Below, one piece after another: positions 1 through 8,990 of a stretch of DNA of 24,000 nt. The stretch covers positions 169,535 to 193,534 of the forward strand of contig NZ_SLWR01000015.1 of assembly GCF_004345665.1 (NCBI RefSeq), given 5' to 3'. Within the stretch, counting starts at the first letter, position 1. Each line of letters begins with the position of its first letter. The position numbers were made by a program, and so were the translations under genes. The stretch comes from Kribbella antiqua (GTDB taxonomy: Bacteria; Actinomycetota; Actinomycetes; Propionibacteriales; Kribbellaceae). The notes under the pieces were generated by a model. It saw only the letters and a program-made list of their open reading frames with translations, was not told where the DNA came from and made no database searches.

Positions 1-615
1 ACGGAGTGAGGACCCGCTGCAGACCGACCAAGATCAGGTCCGCGACCAGCGCCAGCAGCAGTGACAGCGCCACGCCCACCACGACCGGGGTCAGGAAGTC
101 CTTCTGGAAGCCCAGCGTGAACAGCTCGCCAAGGCCTCCGATACCGATCACCGCGCCGACGCTCACCATCGAGATGTTCGCGACGGTGACGACGCGCAGA
201 CCCGCGAAGATCACCGGTACGGCGATCGGCAGGTCGATCGCGACCAATCGATGCAGGGAGCCGTAGCCGACCGCGACCGCCGATTGCCGGACCTCCGCGG
301 GTACGGACCGGAGCCCGTCGATCACGTTGCGGATCAGCAGGGAGACCGTATAGATGGTCAGCGCCACGACGATGTTCACCGTGGACAGCACCTTGGTGCC
401 GAGGATCGCCGGCAGCACGATGAACAGCGCGATCGACGGCAATGAGTACAGCACACCGCCGAAGGCGATCAGCGGGTTCGCCAGCCAGGAGAACCGCGTG
501 GCCACGTACCCGAGCGGCACCGAGATCAGCAGCCCGAGGATGACCGGGAGGATCGCCAGATAGAGATGCTCGCGCAACTGTTCCCAAATCAGCCCGAGGT
601 TGTCGCCGATCCAGG

Positions 616-619
<4 letters not shown>
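1..619 (-). CDS. ABC transporter permease, osmoprotectant type (glycine betaine/choline/carnitine; OpuBB/OpuCB-like); C-terminal end cut by window edge
   Basis: Not in the ORF track because it runs off the window. My reverse-strand translation from ATG 619..617 gives MTWIGDNLGLIWEQLREHLYLAILPVILGLLISVPLGYVATRFSWLANPLIAFGGVLYSLPSIALFIVLPAILG...SVPAEVRQSAVAVGYGSLHRLVAIDLPIAVP... It has several hydrophobic helices plus the EAA-G-LP type cytoplasmic loop of MetI-like ABC permeases. Its ATG overlaps the stop of the upstream ATPase gene (ATGA at 616..619). GC3 is high. Confidence 0.8.
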
Positions 620-1614
<995 letters not shown>

Positions 1615-1658
1615 GGCGCCCCTTCGCGCTCGTCGTCGGTCGCCCGATCGACCCTAGC

Positions 1659-1702
1659 GGAACGAGAGACCGATGCCACGCGATTGAGCGGTATCTCGTT
1701 CC
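1659..1702 (-). terminator. Long imperfect hairpin between hutU 3' end and the osmoprotectant ABC operon start (terminator and/or leader structure)
   Basis: ggaacgagagaccg (1659..1672) pairs with cggtatctcgttcc (1689..1702): a 14-bp stem with one mismatch and a 16-nt loop. It lies 50 nt downstream of the hutU stop and about 45 nt upstream of ATG 1614. There is no U tract. Confidence 0.4.
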
Positions 1703-1751
1703 CCGGAAAGTGCACCATAGCGGTAGGGAATGCCACGGTCGCACTTAGTTG

Positions 1752-3407
1752 TCAGGATTCCTGCATCGGAACCCTGACACCCCGTTCCGCGGCCACCTCG
1801 GCCGCCTTGTCGTAGCCGGCGTCGACGTGCCGGATGACACCCATCGCCGGGTCGTTGGTGAGCACCCGCTCCAGCTTCTGCCGGGCCAACTCGGTGCCAT
1901 CAGCAACCGATACCTGGCCGGCATGGATGGACCGGCCGATGCCGACACCGCCGCCGTGGTGGATCGACACCCAGGACGCGCCGCTGGCCACATTCACCAT
2001 TGCGTTCAGCAACGGCCAGTCCGCGATCGCGTCCGAGCCGTCCAGCATTCCTTCGGTCTCCCGGTACGGCGACGCGACGCTTCCGGTGTCGAGGTGGTCC
2101 CGGCCGATCACGATCGGGGCCTCGAGTTCGCCCGAAGCAACCATCTCGTTGAACCGGACACCGGCCTTGTCCCGCTCGCCCTGACCCAGCCAGCAGATCC
2201 GCGCCGGCAGTCCCTGGAAGGCGACCCGCTCGCCGGCCATCTTGATCCACCGGGTCAGGTGCTCGTTGTCCGGGAACAGATCAAGGATCGCCTGATCCGT
2301 CTTGGCGATGTCGGCCGGGTTGCCGGACAGTGCCGCCCACCGGAACGGGCCCTTGCCCTCGCAGAACAACGGCCGGATGTACGCCGGCACGAAGCCGGGG
2401 AACTCGAATGCCCTGGTGTAACCGGCCTTCCGGGCCTCGTCGCGGATCGAGTTGCCGTAGTCGAACACCTCGGAGCCGGCGTCCTGGAAGCCGACCATCG
2501 CCTCGACGTGCTTGGCCATCGACTCCTGCGCCCGCTCGGTGAACCCGGCCGGATCCTTCTCCCGCGCGGTGGTCCAGTCCTCGAACTCGATCCCGATCGG
2601 CAGGTACATCAGCGGGTCGTGCGCCGACGTCTGGTCGGTGACCACATCGATCGGAGCGCCCCGCTGCAAAAGATCCGGGACGATCGTCGCAGCGTTGCCC
2701 AGGACACCGATCGACAACGGCTTCCGCGCCGCCTTCGCCTCCTCGGCCAGTCGCAGCGCTTCGTCCACGGAGGACGCGCGTACGTCGAGATAGCGGTGCT
2801 CGATGCGGCGCTGGATGCGGGACTCGTCGACGTCGATGCAGATCGCCACACCGTCGTTCATCGTCACCGCCAGCGGCTGCGCACCGCCCATGCCGCCGAG
2901 GCCCGCGGTCAGCGTGATGGTGCCGGCCAGCGAGCCGCCGAACTTCTTGTCCGCGACCGCGCCGAACGTCTCGTAGGTGCCCTGCAGAATCCCCTGGGTG
3001 CCGATGTAGATCCACGACCCGGCCGTCATCTGGCCGTACATCGTCAGGCCCATCGCCTCGAGCTTGCGGAATTCCTCCCAGGTGGCCCAGTCGCCGACCA
3101 GGTTGGAGTTGGCGATCAGTACGCGCGGCGCCCACTCGTGCGTTTGCATGACGCCGACCGGGCGGCCCGACTGCACCAGCATCGTCTCGTCGTCCTTCAG
3201 CGTGGTCAGCGTGCGTACCATCGCGTCGAACGAGTTCCAGTCCCGGGCCGCCTTGCCGGAACCGCCGTACACGACCAGTTCGTCGGGGTGCTCGGCGACC
3301 TCGGGGTCGAGGTTGTTCTGCAGCATCCGCAGTGCGGCTTCCTGCTGCCAGCCTCGGGCGGTGAGGGTGGTACCGCGGGGCGCGCGAACGGGACGGGGTC
3401 CGGACAT
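1752..3407 (-). CDS. hutU: Urocanate hydratase (urocanase)
   Basis: Track ORF 1752..3479. The sequence is urocanase-like throughout (..[46 protein letters not shown]..). I place the start at ATG 3407 ([14 protein letters not shown]..), which has a GAAAGG RBS and does not overlap hutH. The longer track start would run into the hutH 3' end. Confidence 0.95.
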   Translation of the reverse strand: MSGPRPVRAPRGTTLTARGWQQEAALRMLQNNLDPEVAEHPDELVVYGGSGKAARDWNSFDAMVRTLTTLKDDETMLVQSGRPVGVMQTHEWAPRVLIANSNLVGDWATWEEFRKLEAMGLTMYGQMTAGSWIYIGTQGILQGTYETFGAVADKKFGGSLAGTITLTAGLGGMGGAQPLAVTMNDGVAICIDVDESRIQRRIEHRYLDVRASSVDEALRLAEEAKAARKPLSIGVLGNAATIVPDLLQRGAPIDVVTDQTSAHDPLMYLPIGIEFEDWTTAREKDPAGFTERAQESMAKHVEAMVGFQDAGSEVFDYGNSIRDEARKAGYTRAFEFPGFVPAYIRPLFCEGKGPFRWAALSGNPADIAKTDQAILDLFPDNEHLTRWIKMAGERVAFQGLPARICWLGQGERDKAGVRFNEMVASGELEAPIVIGRDHLDTGSVASPYRETEGMLDGSDAIADWPLLNAMVNVASGASWVSIHHGGGVGIGRSIHAGQVSVADGTELARQKLERVLTNDPAMGVIRHVDAGYDKAAEVAAERGVRVPMQES

Positions 3408-3423
3408 GGGTGATCCAGCCTTT

Positions 3424-4962
3424 CTAGGACAGTGGGCCGGTGACGGCCTGGACAGCGGACAAGTAGGTGCCGTCGGCAACCAGCCGGACGGAGTGCTCGA
3501 TCTCGGGCGCGAGGTGCCGGTCGGTTCCGGGCCCTTCGACGTACGCGCGCAAGGCGTCCCGTACGGCGGCGGTCGCCGGCGCCGGGGTTAGTGGTGCACG
3601 CAGGTCCAGCGCCCGCGCGGCGGTGAGGATCTCGATCGCCAGGACCCGCTGGAGGCCGTCGATCGCCTTGCGCAACTTGCGCGCGGCAGACCAGCCCATC
3701 GACACGTGGTCCTCCTGCATCGCGCTGCTCGGGATCGAGTCCACACTGGCCGGTACGGCGAGCCGCTTCAGCTCGGACACGATCGCGGCCTGCGTGTACT
3801 GCGCGATCATGTGGCCGCTGTCGACGCCGGGATCGTCGGCCAGGAAGGCGTTCAGCCCATGGTTCCGGGCCACGTCGAGGAAGCGATCGGTACGGCGCTC
3901 ACTGATGCTGGCCACATCCGCGACCGCGATCGCCAGGAAGTCCAGCACGTAACCCACCGGGGCACCGTGGAAGTTGCCGTTCGACTCGACCCGGCCGTCC
4001 GGGAGTACGACGGGATTGTCGATCGCGGCTGCAAGCTCGTACCCGGCGACTGTGGCGGCATGCGCGGCAGTGTCGCGAGCGGCGCCATGCACCTGCGGCG
4101 AACACCTCAAGGAATAGGCGTCCTGGACTCGGTTGCACTCGGGGCCGCGGTGGCTCGCGACGATCGCGCTGTCGGCAAGGATCGCGCGCAGATTGGCGGC
4201 AGCGGAGGCCTGGCCGGGGTGGGGCCGCAGCGTTTGCAGATCCTCGGCGAAGACGCGGTCGGTGCCGAGCTGCGCCTCGACGCTCATCGCGGCGGCGAGG
4301 TCGGCGGTCTTGAAGAGACGGTCGAGGTCGGCCAGCGCGAGCACCAGCATGCCGAGCATGCCGTCGGTGCCGTTGATCAGCGCCAGCCCTTCCTTCTCCG
4401 CCAGCACGACCGGCGTCAAACCGTACGCTCTGAGCGCGTCGCCGGCCTCGAGAAGGTTGCCTTCGGCATCGCGCACCTGCCCTTCGCCGATGATGGCCAG
4501 GGCCACGTGCGAGAGGGGCGCGAGGTCGCCGGAGCAACCGAGGCTGCCGTACTCGCGGACTACCGGAGTCAGCCGGGCGTTGAGGAGTCCGGCGTACGCC
4601 TGAGCGGTCCCGACCTTCACGCCGGTGCGGCCGGTCGCCAAGGTGGAGAGCCGGAGCAGGGCGAGCGCGCGGACGACCTCGGTCTCGACCTCGGGTCCGG
4701 AGCCGGCCGCGTGCGAGCGGACCAGGCTGCGTTGCAGCTGGGCGCGCAACTCCGGCGCGATGTGCCGGGTCGCGAGCGCACCGAATCCGGTCGAGACGCC
4801 GTAATGCGGAGTGTCCGCATGCGCGAGCGCCTCGATCGCCGCCCGCGACTTGGCGATCTCCTCGAGGGCCTGGTCATCGATCCGGACCCTGGCACCATGC
4901 CTCGCCACCGCGACGACATCAGCGGCGGCCAGCGGCCCGACACCTACGATTACTTCGTTCAC
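3424..4962 (-). CDS. hutH: Histidine ammonia-lyase (histidase), MIO-dependent
   Basis: 512 aa with a GTG start at 4962. Colinear HAL motifs: [29 protein letters not shown] (X-Ser-Gly MIO triad, codons 4528..4536 = TGC TCC GGC on the - strand), [32 protein letters not shown]. It sits directly upstream of hutU, 16 nt away. Confidence 0.95.
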   Translation of the reverse strand: MNEVIVGVGPLAAADVVAVARHGARVRIDDQALEEIAKSRAAIEALAHADTPHYGVSTGFGALATRHIAPELRAQLQRSLVRSHAAGSGPEVETEVVRALALLRLSTLATGRTGVKVGTAQAYAGLLNARLTPVVREYGSLGCSGDLAPLSHVALAIIGEGQVRDAEGNLLEAGDALRAYGLTPVVLAEKEGLALINGTDGMLGMLVLALADLDRLFKTADLAAAMSVEAQLGTDRVFAEDLQTLRPHPGQASAAANLRAILADSAIVASHRGPECNRVQDAYSLRCSPQVHGAARDTAAHAATVAGYELAAAIDNPVVLPDGRVESNGNFHGAPVGYVLDFLAIAVADVASISERRTDRFLDVARNHGLNAFLADDPGVDSGHMIAQYTQAAIVSELKRLAVPASVDSIPSSAMQEDHVSMGWSAARKLRKAIDGLQRVLAIEILTAARALDLRAPLTPAPATAAVRDALRAYVEGPGTDRHLAPEIEHSVRLVADGTYLSAVQAVTGPLS

Positions 4963-5016
4963 CCGAACATTGCACCGCGCGGCACCGGCAACCGACAGCA
5001 GCGCCGTGCACTTTCT

Positions 5017-5032
5017 GTCTCAGATCTGAGAC
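5017..5032. promoter_or_regulatory. Perfect 16-bp palindrome GTCTCAGATCTGAGAC in the hutH / GNAT divergent intergenic region; candidate operator (IclR/HutR-type)
   Basis: Read directly from the sequence. It lies 55 nt upstream of the hutH GTG (4962) and 35 nt upstream of the GNAT ATG (5067). It is the only perfect palindrome this long that I found in the 104-bp intergenic region. Confidence 0.5.
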
Positions 5033-5066
5033 TTAATTGGACCCGTCCGAGCACTAGAGTCGAGGA

Positions 5067-5963
5067 ATGGTGTTCGAGATCCGGACAGCGGGGCCGGAGG
5101 ATGCGGTAGGTATCGCCCGGGTCTGGGCGGCCGCGATGCCGCAATTGGTGAAAACGGCACGCGGTGTCGAAGCCGAACTGAAGATCGCCCGCAGCCGCAT
5201 CGTGCTGATCGCGGTCGACGGCGAAGACGTGGTGGGTTACGGCAACGTTCACCTCCCTGCTCCAGACGAAACGGCACCAAGGGTGCGGATCGCCGTACAG
5301 GTTCCACCCGCCGTGCGCAGCCGTGGCATCGGCGGCGCTTTGGCCGACGCTGTCATCGCGGAAGCGTCGAACGCAGGCGCCGCGCGGCTGCTGGTCGTCG
5401 TCGGGGACGACGACGAATCGAAGGGGTTCGCGACCCGTCGTGGATTCACCATCAGCCGGCGGATGAGCCACTCGCAGGCCGACCTGACCACCGGGCCCAC
5501 TGCGCTGCCCGCGCCTCACGGTCTGCGGATGGTCGACTACGGAGAGCTGGAGCCGCGGCAATTGTGGCTCGCCGAGGAGGCTGTCCGGCACGACGACCCG
5601 AGCGGACTGTCGACCGGACCGCAGTACGACGAATGGGTGCCGGCCATCTGGCACAACCCCGACCTGCGCCATGACCTCAGCATCGCGGTGCTCGACGGTG
5701 ATCAGGTCGTTTCGTTTGCCAGCACGACCGCGGACCCCGACCGCGGGGTGATCTGGTCGAACCTGACCGGCACGATCCCGGCGTACCGGGGTCGTGGACT
5801 GGCGAAGGTGGCGAAGTCGGTGGCGCTGACGCGGGCGCGGGAGGCCGGGTTCAGTACGGCGTACACCGGGAACGACGCGGCGAACGCGCCGATGCTGGCG
5901 GTGAACGAGTGGCTCGGGTACCGGGCTTCATCGACCGTCTGGGCCGCGGAGAAGACGCTGTGA
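5067..5963 (+). CDS. GNAT-family N-acetyltransferase, two tandem acetyltransferase domains
   Basis: 298 aa. The first half carries the acetyl-CoA loop ..VPPAVRSRGIGGALADAV..; the second half carries ..TIPAYRGRGLAKVAKSVAL.. (Q/R-x-x-G-x-G/A type). High GC3. Substrate unknown. Confidence 0.85.
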   Translation: MVFEIRTAGPEDAVGIARVWAAAMPQLVKTARGVEAELKIARSRIVLIAVDGEDVVGYGNVHLPAPDETAPRVRIAVQVPPAVRSRGIGGALADAVIAEASNAGAARLLVVVGDDDESKGFATRRGFTISRRMSHSQADLTTGPTALPAPHGLRMVDYGELEPRQLWLAEEAVRHDDPSGLSTGPQYDEWVPAIWHNPDLRHDLSIAVLDGDQVVSFASTTADPDRGVIWSNLTGTIPAYRGRGLAKVAKSVALTRAREAGFSTAYTGNDAANAPMLAVNEWLGYRASSTVWAAEKTL

Positions 5964-6172
5964 TCCGCTCGGTGCTGGTTCTCGTCTTCTTCTTCGTGGT
6001 GTCGGCGGCCGTCGGGATGCTGGTCGCGACCGACGACGAGTACTTCGATTGGGCCGTCGGTGGTGGCTTGTTCGCGCTGGCGGTGGCCGGCGAGGGACTC
6101 CGGATCTGGCTGCGTCGCGGCCGGCCCAAGACCGGGGCGAAGAAAGACAGCACTCAATCGTCCGGAATCTGA
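5960..6172 (+). CDS. Small hypothetical membrane protein (about 70 aa, two predicted TM helices)
   Basis: In-frame GTG at 5960 overlaps the GNAT stop (GTGA). Sequence: VIRSVLVLVFFFVVSAAVGMLVATDDEYFDWAVGGGLFALAVAGEGLRIWLRRGRPKTGAKKDSTQSSGI. Two hydrophobic segments are followed by a basic tail. GC3 bias is good in the hydrophobic part. The track's longer version (5909) overlaps the GNAT gene and is unlikely. Confidence 0.4.
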   Translation: MIRSVLVLVFFFVVSAAVGMLVATDDEYFDWAVGGGLFALAVAGEGLRIWLRRGRPKTGAKKDSTQSSGI

Positions 6173-6175
6173 GAC
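6160..6175. promoter_or_regulatory. Operator-like site GTCCGGAATCTGAGAC upstream of the IclR gene (12/16 match to the hutH palindrome; right half ATCTGAGAC identical)
   Basis: Direct comparison with 5017..5032. It lies 21 nt upstream of the IclR GTG start (6196). Confidence 0.3.
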
Positions 6176-6195
6176 AGGGCGGTTAGTCTGCCGTT

Positions 6196-6954
6196 GTGAG
6201 CGGCAACGTTCCCGCCTCGACCCGGACGCTGCGGGTGCTGACCTTCCTGGCGACCCAACCGGGGCCCGTACCGATGGAGCGCATCTCCTCCGCGGTCGGC
6301 CTGCCGCGCTCGTCGACGTACCACTTGCTGAGGGCAATGATCGACGAGGGTTTCGTGGTGCATCTGCCGGAGGAGAAGCGGTACGGCCTCGGCGTCGCCG
6401 CCTTCGAGATCGGCTCGGCGTACCTGCGCCACGATCCGCTCGAACGGCTGGCCCGGCCGCTCCTGGTCCAGCTGGTGGCGGAGGTCGGCCAGACCGCGCA
6501 TCTCGGCGTACTGCATGGTCGGGAGCTCGTCTACCTGCTGAAAGAACAGCCGCCCCGCCCGGTCACACTCGTCACGGATGTCGGCGTACGCCTCCCGGCC
6601 ACCCTCACCGCCTCCGGCCGCGCCCTGCTCGCCGAGCTGCCGCCGGCTCAGGTCCGTGCGCTCTTCCCCAGCCCTGATGCCTTCGTACGACGTACCGACC
6701 GCGGACCGGCCACCCTCACCCAGCTCCGGCGACTCCTGGCCGATGAGAAACGCCAGGGCTACGCCGTCGAGGACTCCTTCATCTCCCCCGGCGTCACCTC
6801 AGTCGCCAGCGCCGCCGTCGACCACGCCGGCCACCCGGTCGCCGCCATCAGCGTCACCTTCCGCACCGACGCCGTCCCCGTCTCCGACCGCCACCTCCTA
6901 GCCCACCGAACCCGCCAAGCCGCCACAGCCCTAACCCGCCGCCTCCACGGCTGA
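6196..6954 (+). CDS. IclR-family transcriptional regulator (candidate hut regulator)
   Basis: 252 aa. N-terminal winged HTH (TLRVLTFLATQPGPVPMERISSAVGLPRSSTYHLLRAMIDEGFV) and an IclR effector domain (..GQTAHLGVLHGRELVYL..TLTASGRALLA..GYAVEDSFISPGVTSVASAV..). It lies two genes from hutHU. Confidence 0.9.
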   Translation: MSGNVPASTRTLRVLTFLATQPGPVPMERISSAVGLPRSSTYHLLRAMIDEGFVVHLPEEKRYGLGVAAFEIGSAYLRHDPLERLARPLLVQLVAEVGQTAHLGVLHGRELVYLLKEQPPRPVTLVTDVGVRLPATLTASGRALLAELPPAQVRALFPSPDAFVRRTDRGPATLTQLRRLLADEKRQGYAVEDSFISPGVTSVASAAVDHAGHPVAAISVTFRTDAVPVSDRHLLAHRTRQAATALTRRLHG

Positions 6955-6955
6955 C

Positions 6956-6991
6956 GGCCCTCCGCGAAGCCACCTGACTTCGGGGAGGGCC
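6956..6991. terminator. Bidirectional hairpin between the convergent IclR and rpsN genes
   Basis: GGCCCTCC-gc-GAAG (6956..6969), loop ccacctga, CTTC-gg-GGAGGGCC (6978..6991). It starts 2 nt after the IclR stop and ends 49 nt before the S14 stop. Confidence 0.55.
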
Positions 6992-7039
6992 GTCGTGTTG
7001 TTGCCCGGGCCCGCGGCATCCACGTCGCGGGGTGGGGCA

Positions 7040-7345
7040 CTACCAGGAAGATTTGGTGATGCCGGGGAGTTCGCCGCGGTGGGCCATGGTGCGGAAGCGG
7101 ACGCGGGAGATGCCGGCTTTGCGGAGGTAGCCGCGGGGGCGGCCGTCGGCGACGTCGCGGTTGCGGACGCGGATCGGGCTGGCGTCGCGCGGGAGCTTCT
7201 GGAGCCTGAGTTGTGCCTCGCCGCGGGCCTCGAAGGACGAGCTTGGGTCCGCGATGATCCGCTTCAGTTCGGCCCGGCACTCGGCGTACAACGCCACCGT
7301 CCGCTTGCGCTGCTCGTTCTTCGCGATCTTGCTCGTCTTCGCCAC
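7040..7345 (-). CDS. rpsN: 30S ribosomal protein S14, long Cys-less (zinc-independent, C-) paralog
   Basis: 101 aa: [31 protein letters not shown]...[41 protein letters not shown]. It has the canonical S14 C-terminus and lacks the CxxC pairs of the 61-aa zinc form. It is adjacent to L33, with the L33 stop abutting this start. Confidence 0.95.
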   Translation of the reverse strand: MAKTSKIAKNEQRKRTVALYAECRAELKRIIADPSSSFEARGEAQLRLQKLPRDASPIRVRNRDVADGRPRGYLRKAGISRVRFRTMAHRGELPGITKSSW

Positions 7346-7513
7346 TTAGCGCTCTTCGCGGAAGTCGACGTGCTGGCGGATCGACGGGTCGTACTTGCGC
7401 ATCACCAGCCGGTCCGGGTTGTTGCGCCGGTTCTTCCGGGTCACGTAGGTGAACCCGGTCCCCGCCGTACTCCGCAGCTTGACGATCGGGCGGAGGTCGT
7501 TGCGCTTGGCCAT
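7346..7513 (-). CDS. rpmG: 50S ribosomal protein L33, Cys-less (zinc-independent, C-) paralog
   Basis: Last 55 codons of track ORF 7346..7927: [55 protein letters not shown]. No cysteines. Strong RBS GGAAAGGAAAG lies just upstream of ATG 7513. Confidence 0.95.
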   Translation of the reverse strand: MAKRNDLRPIVKLRSTAGTGFTYVTRKNRRNNPDRLVMRKYDPSIRQHVDFREER

Positions 7514-7580
7514 GCTTTCCTTTCCTGGGTCACCGCGACCCTCGGTAGCGTTAACGCCGGCCGGGTAGCCGCTATTCCGG

Positions 7581-7615
7581 TTCAGAGTGTACGTTGTGCT
7601 GGTTATCGTTTTCAA
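7581..7615. promoter_or_regulatory. Face-to-face divergent promoter pair for rpmG-rpsN (-) and the COG0523-rpmE2 unit (+)
   Basis: + strand: -35 TTCAGA (7581..7586), 17-nt spacer, -10 TATCGT (7604..7609). - strand: -35 TTGAAA (revcomp of 7610..7615), 18-nt spacer, -10 TACACT (revcomp of 7586..7591). Hexamers were matched by eye to TTGACA/TANNNT. No transcription start data. Confidence 0.4.
7600..7614. promoter_or_regulatory. Zur-box-like element TGGTTATCGTTTTCA
   Basis: 11/15 match to the actinobacterial Zur palindrome core TGAAAATCATTTTCA: the right half is near-consensus (GTTTTCA vs ATTTTCA, TTTTCA intact) and the left half is degenerate. This is the only AT-rich patch in the region. It overlaps the + strand -10 and the - strand -35 proposed above. 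The flanking genes (C- ribosomal paralogs, COG0523) are classic Zur regulon members. Confidence 0.5.
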
Positions 7616-7631
7616 TAAGGCAGGAGTGCTG

Positions 7632-8719
7632 ATGCTTCCGGTGACCTTGCTGACGGGTGTCGACGAGCCGTTCCGCGCCGCCGTCGCGGGCAATCTGCTC
7701 GCCGCCGCGGGACCGGGCGGCGTCCTCGTCGAGTACGACGTGAGCGGTCTGACCGGCGGGTCCGTGGTACGGACCGCGCGTACCGCCGGCGGCGTGATCG
7801 ACCGCGACGTGATCCGGATGGGCCATCCCTGCGTCTCCTGCGCGATGCGCGGTTCGCTGGTCGAACTGCTGGTCAGCATCGCCGCAGTCGAGCGGTACGA
7901 CGCCGCGATCGTGTCCGTCCCCGGCAAGGGGACACGCAGGCGCTGGCCGCGGAGATCGCCGGGGAAAGCGACCTAAAAACCGACGCTGTGATCACCACGG
8001 TCGACACCGGCACGATGGTCGACGACCTGACCGGCGACCAGCTGATCCAGGAGCGCGGCGTCCCGACCGCCGCCGAGGACGGCCGGGCCATCGCCGAGGT
8101 GATCGCCCACCAACTAGAGCACGCCCAAGCGATCGTCCTGAGCAGCGACGACGAGGCAGCCCGCGCTCTGGCTCACGCCCTCAATCCACAGGCGCTCGTC
8201 AAGACCACCCCGGCCGGACTGCTCGGCGTACGGCTGCCTGCTCCAGACGCTGAGCCCGGCTCGATTGTCGCGCCGCTGCACGACGACGGCCCGGTGCAGA
8301 CGCTGATCTGGCAGTCCGACCGCCCGTTCCACCCCGAGCGGCTGTACGACGCCCTGGAAGATCTCGTCGCGGGTACGGCGCGCGGCCGCGGAACCGTCTG
8401 GCTGGCGACCCAACCGCAGAACCGGCTCGGCTGGGACAGCTTCGGCACGAACATCGCGATCGGCGTCCTCGGCCGCTGGCTGGCCGACCTCCCGGTCGAG
8501 CGCTGGCCCTCAGTTGGCCAGGCGCATCAGGCCCGGTCGGCGCTGGAGTGGCACCCGGAGTACGGCGACCGGGCGTCGTACCTCTCGATCACCGGAGTCG
8601 GGCTGAACGTCCGGGAATTACGGGACCGCCTGGATGGTTGTGTCCTTCGTGCGGACGAACCGGCCGGGGCACTGACCGATCCGTTCGCCCCTTATCTGGA
8701 AGGAAGTACGGCTGCATGA
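7632..8719 (+). pseudogene. COG0523/CobW-family putative zinc metallochaperone; reading frame broken near 7919..7922 and nucleotide-binding motifs degenerate
   Basis: The N-terminal part (frame of 7632..7976) reads [23 protein letters not shown]...[14 protein letters not shown]...[10 protein letters not shown], then runs into junk ([17 protein letters not shown]). The other frame reads through from about 7922: [36 protein letters not shown]... It continues into a clear CobW_C domain (..[51 protein letters not shown]). AGGAG RBS at 7622..7626. The stop overlaps the rpmE2 ATG (ATGA, 8716..8719). Confidence 0.7.
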
Positions 8720-8961
8720 AGAACGACATCCACCCCGCGTACCGCCCGGTCGTGTTCCGGGACAAGTCCGCGAACTTCAGCTTCCTGACCGGTTCGACGC
8801 GCGAGAGCACCGAGACCATCGACTGGACCGACGGGAACACCTACCCGGTCGTCGACGTCGAGATCTCGTCCGCCAGCCACCCGTTCTACACGGGCCAGCA
8901 GCGCGTGATGGACACCCAGGGCCGAGTCGAGAAGTTCAAGAAGCGCTACGGGCAAAGCTGA
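8716..8961 (+). CDS. rpmE2: 50S ribosomal protein L31 type B (Cys-less, zinc-independent paralog)
   Basis: 81 aa: [81 protein letters not shown]. It has the L31 signature HPFYTG without the CxxC motif. The ATG overlaps the stop of the upstream gene. Confidence 0.95.
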   Translation: MKNDIHPAYRPVVFRDKSANFSFLTGSTRESTETIDWTDGNTYPVVDVEISSASHPFYTGQQRVMDTQGRVEKFKKRYGQS

Positions 8962-8990
8962 CCGCAGCCAGCGGACCTCGGACACGTTGT

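Noticed and set aside
1749-3413. 554-aa + strand ORF
   Set aside because: It is exactly antisense to hutU. The sequence is Arg/Pro/Gly-rich and low in complexity, with the wrong GC3 pattern. This is a shadow ORF typical of high-GC DNA.
3706-5109. 467-aa + strand ORF
   Set aside because: It is antisense to hutH and runs through the hutH/GNAT intergenic region. It has no recognisable motifs and is a shadow frame.
7915-7925. Programmed -1 ribosomal frameshift in the COG0523 gene
   Set aside because: The CCCC run could allow tRNA-Pro slippage. However, there is no X-XXY-YYZ heptamer and I can see no downstream stimulatory hairpin or pseudoknot. A sequencing error or a genuine pseudogene is more parsimonious. 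The idea is kept only as a remark inside the COG0523 finding.
7514-7927. Upstream 138 codons of track ORF 7346..7927
   Set aside because: Only the last 55 codons are L33, which has its own strong RBS at ATG 7513. The extension crosses the divergent promoter and runs antisense to the COG0523 gene.
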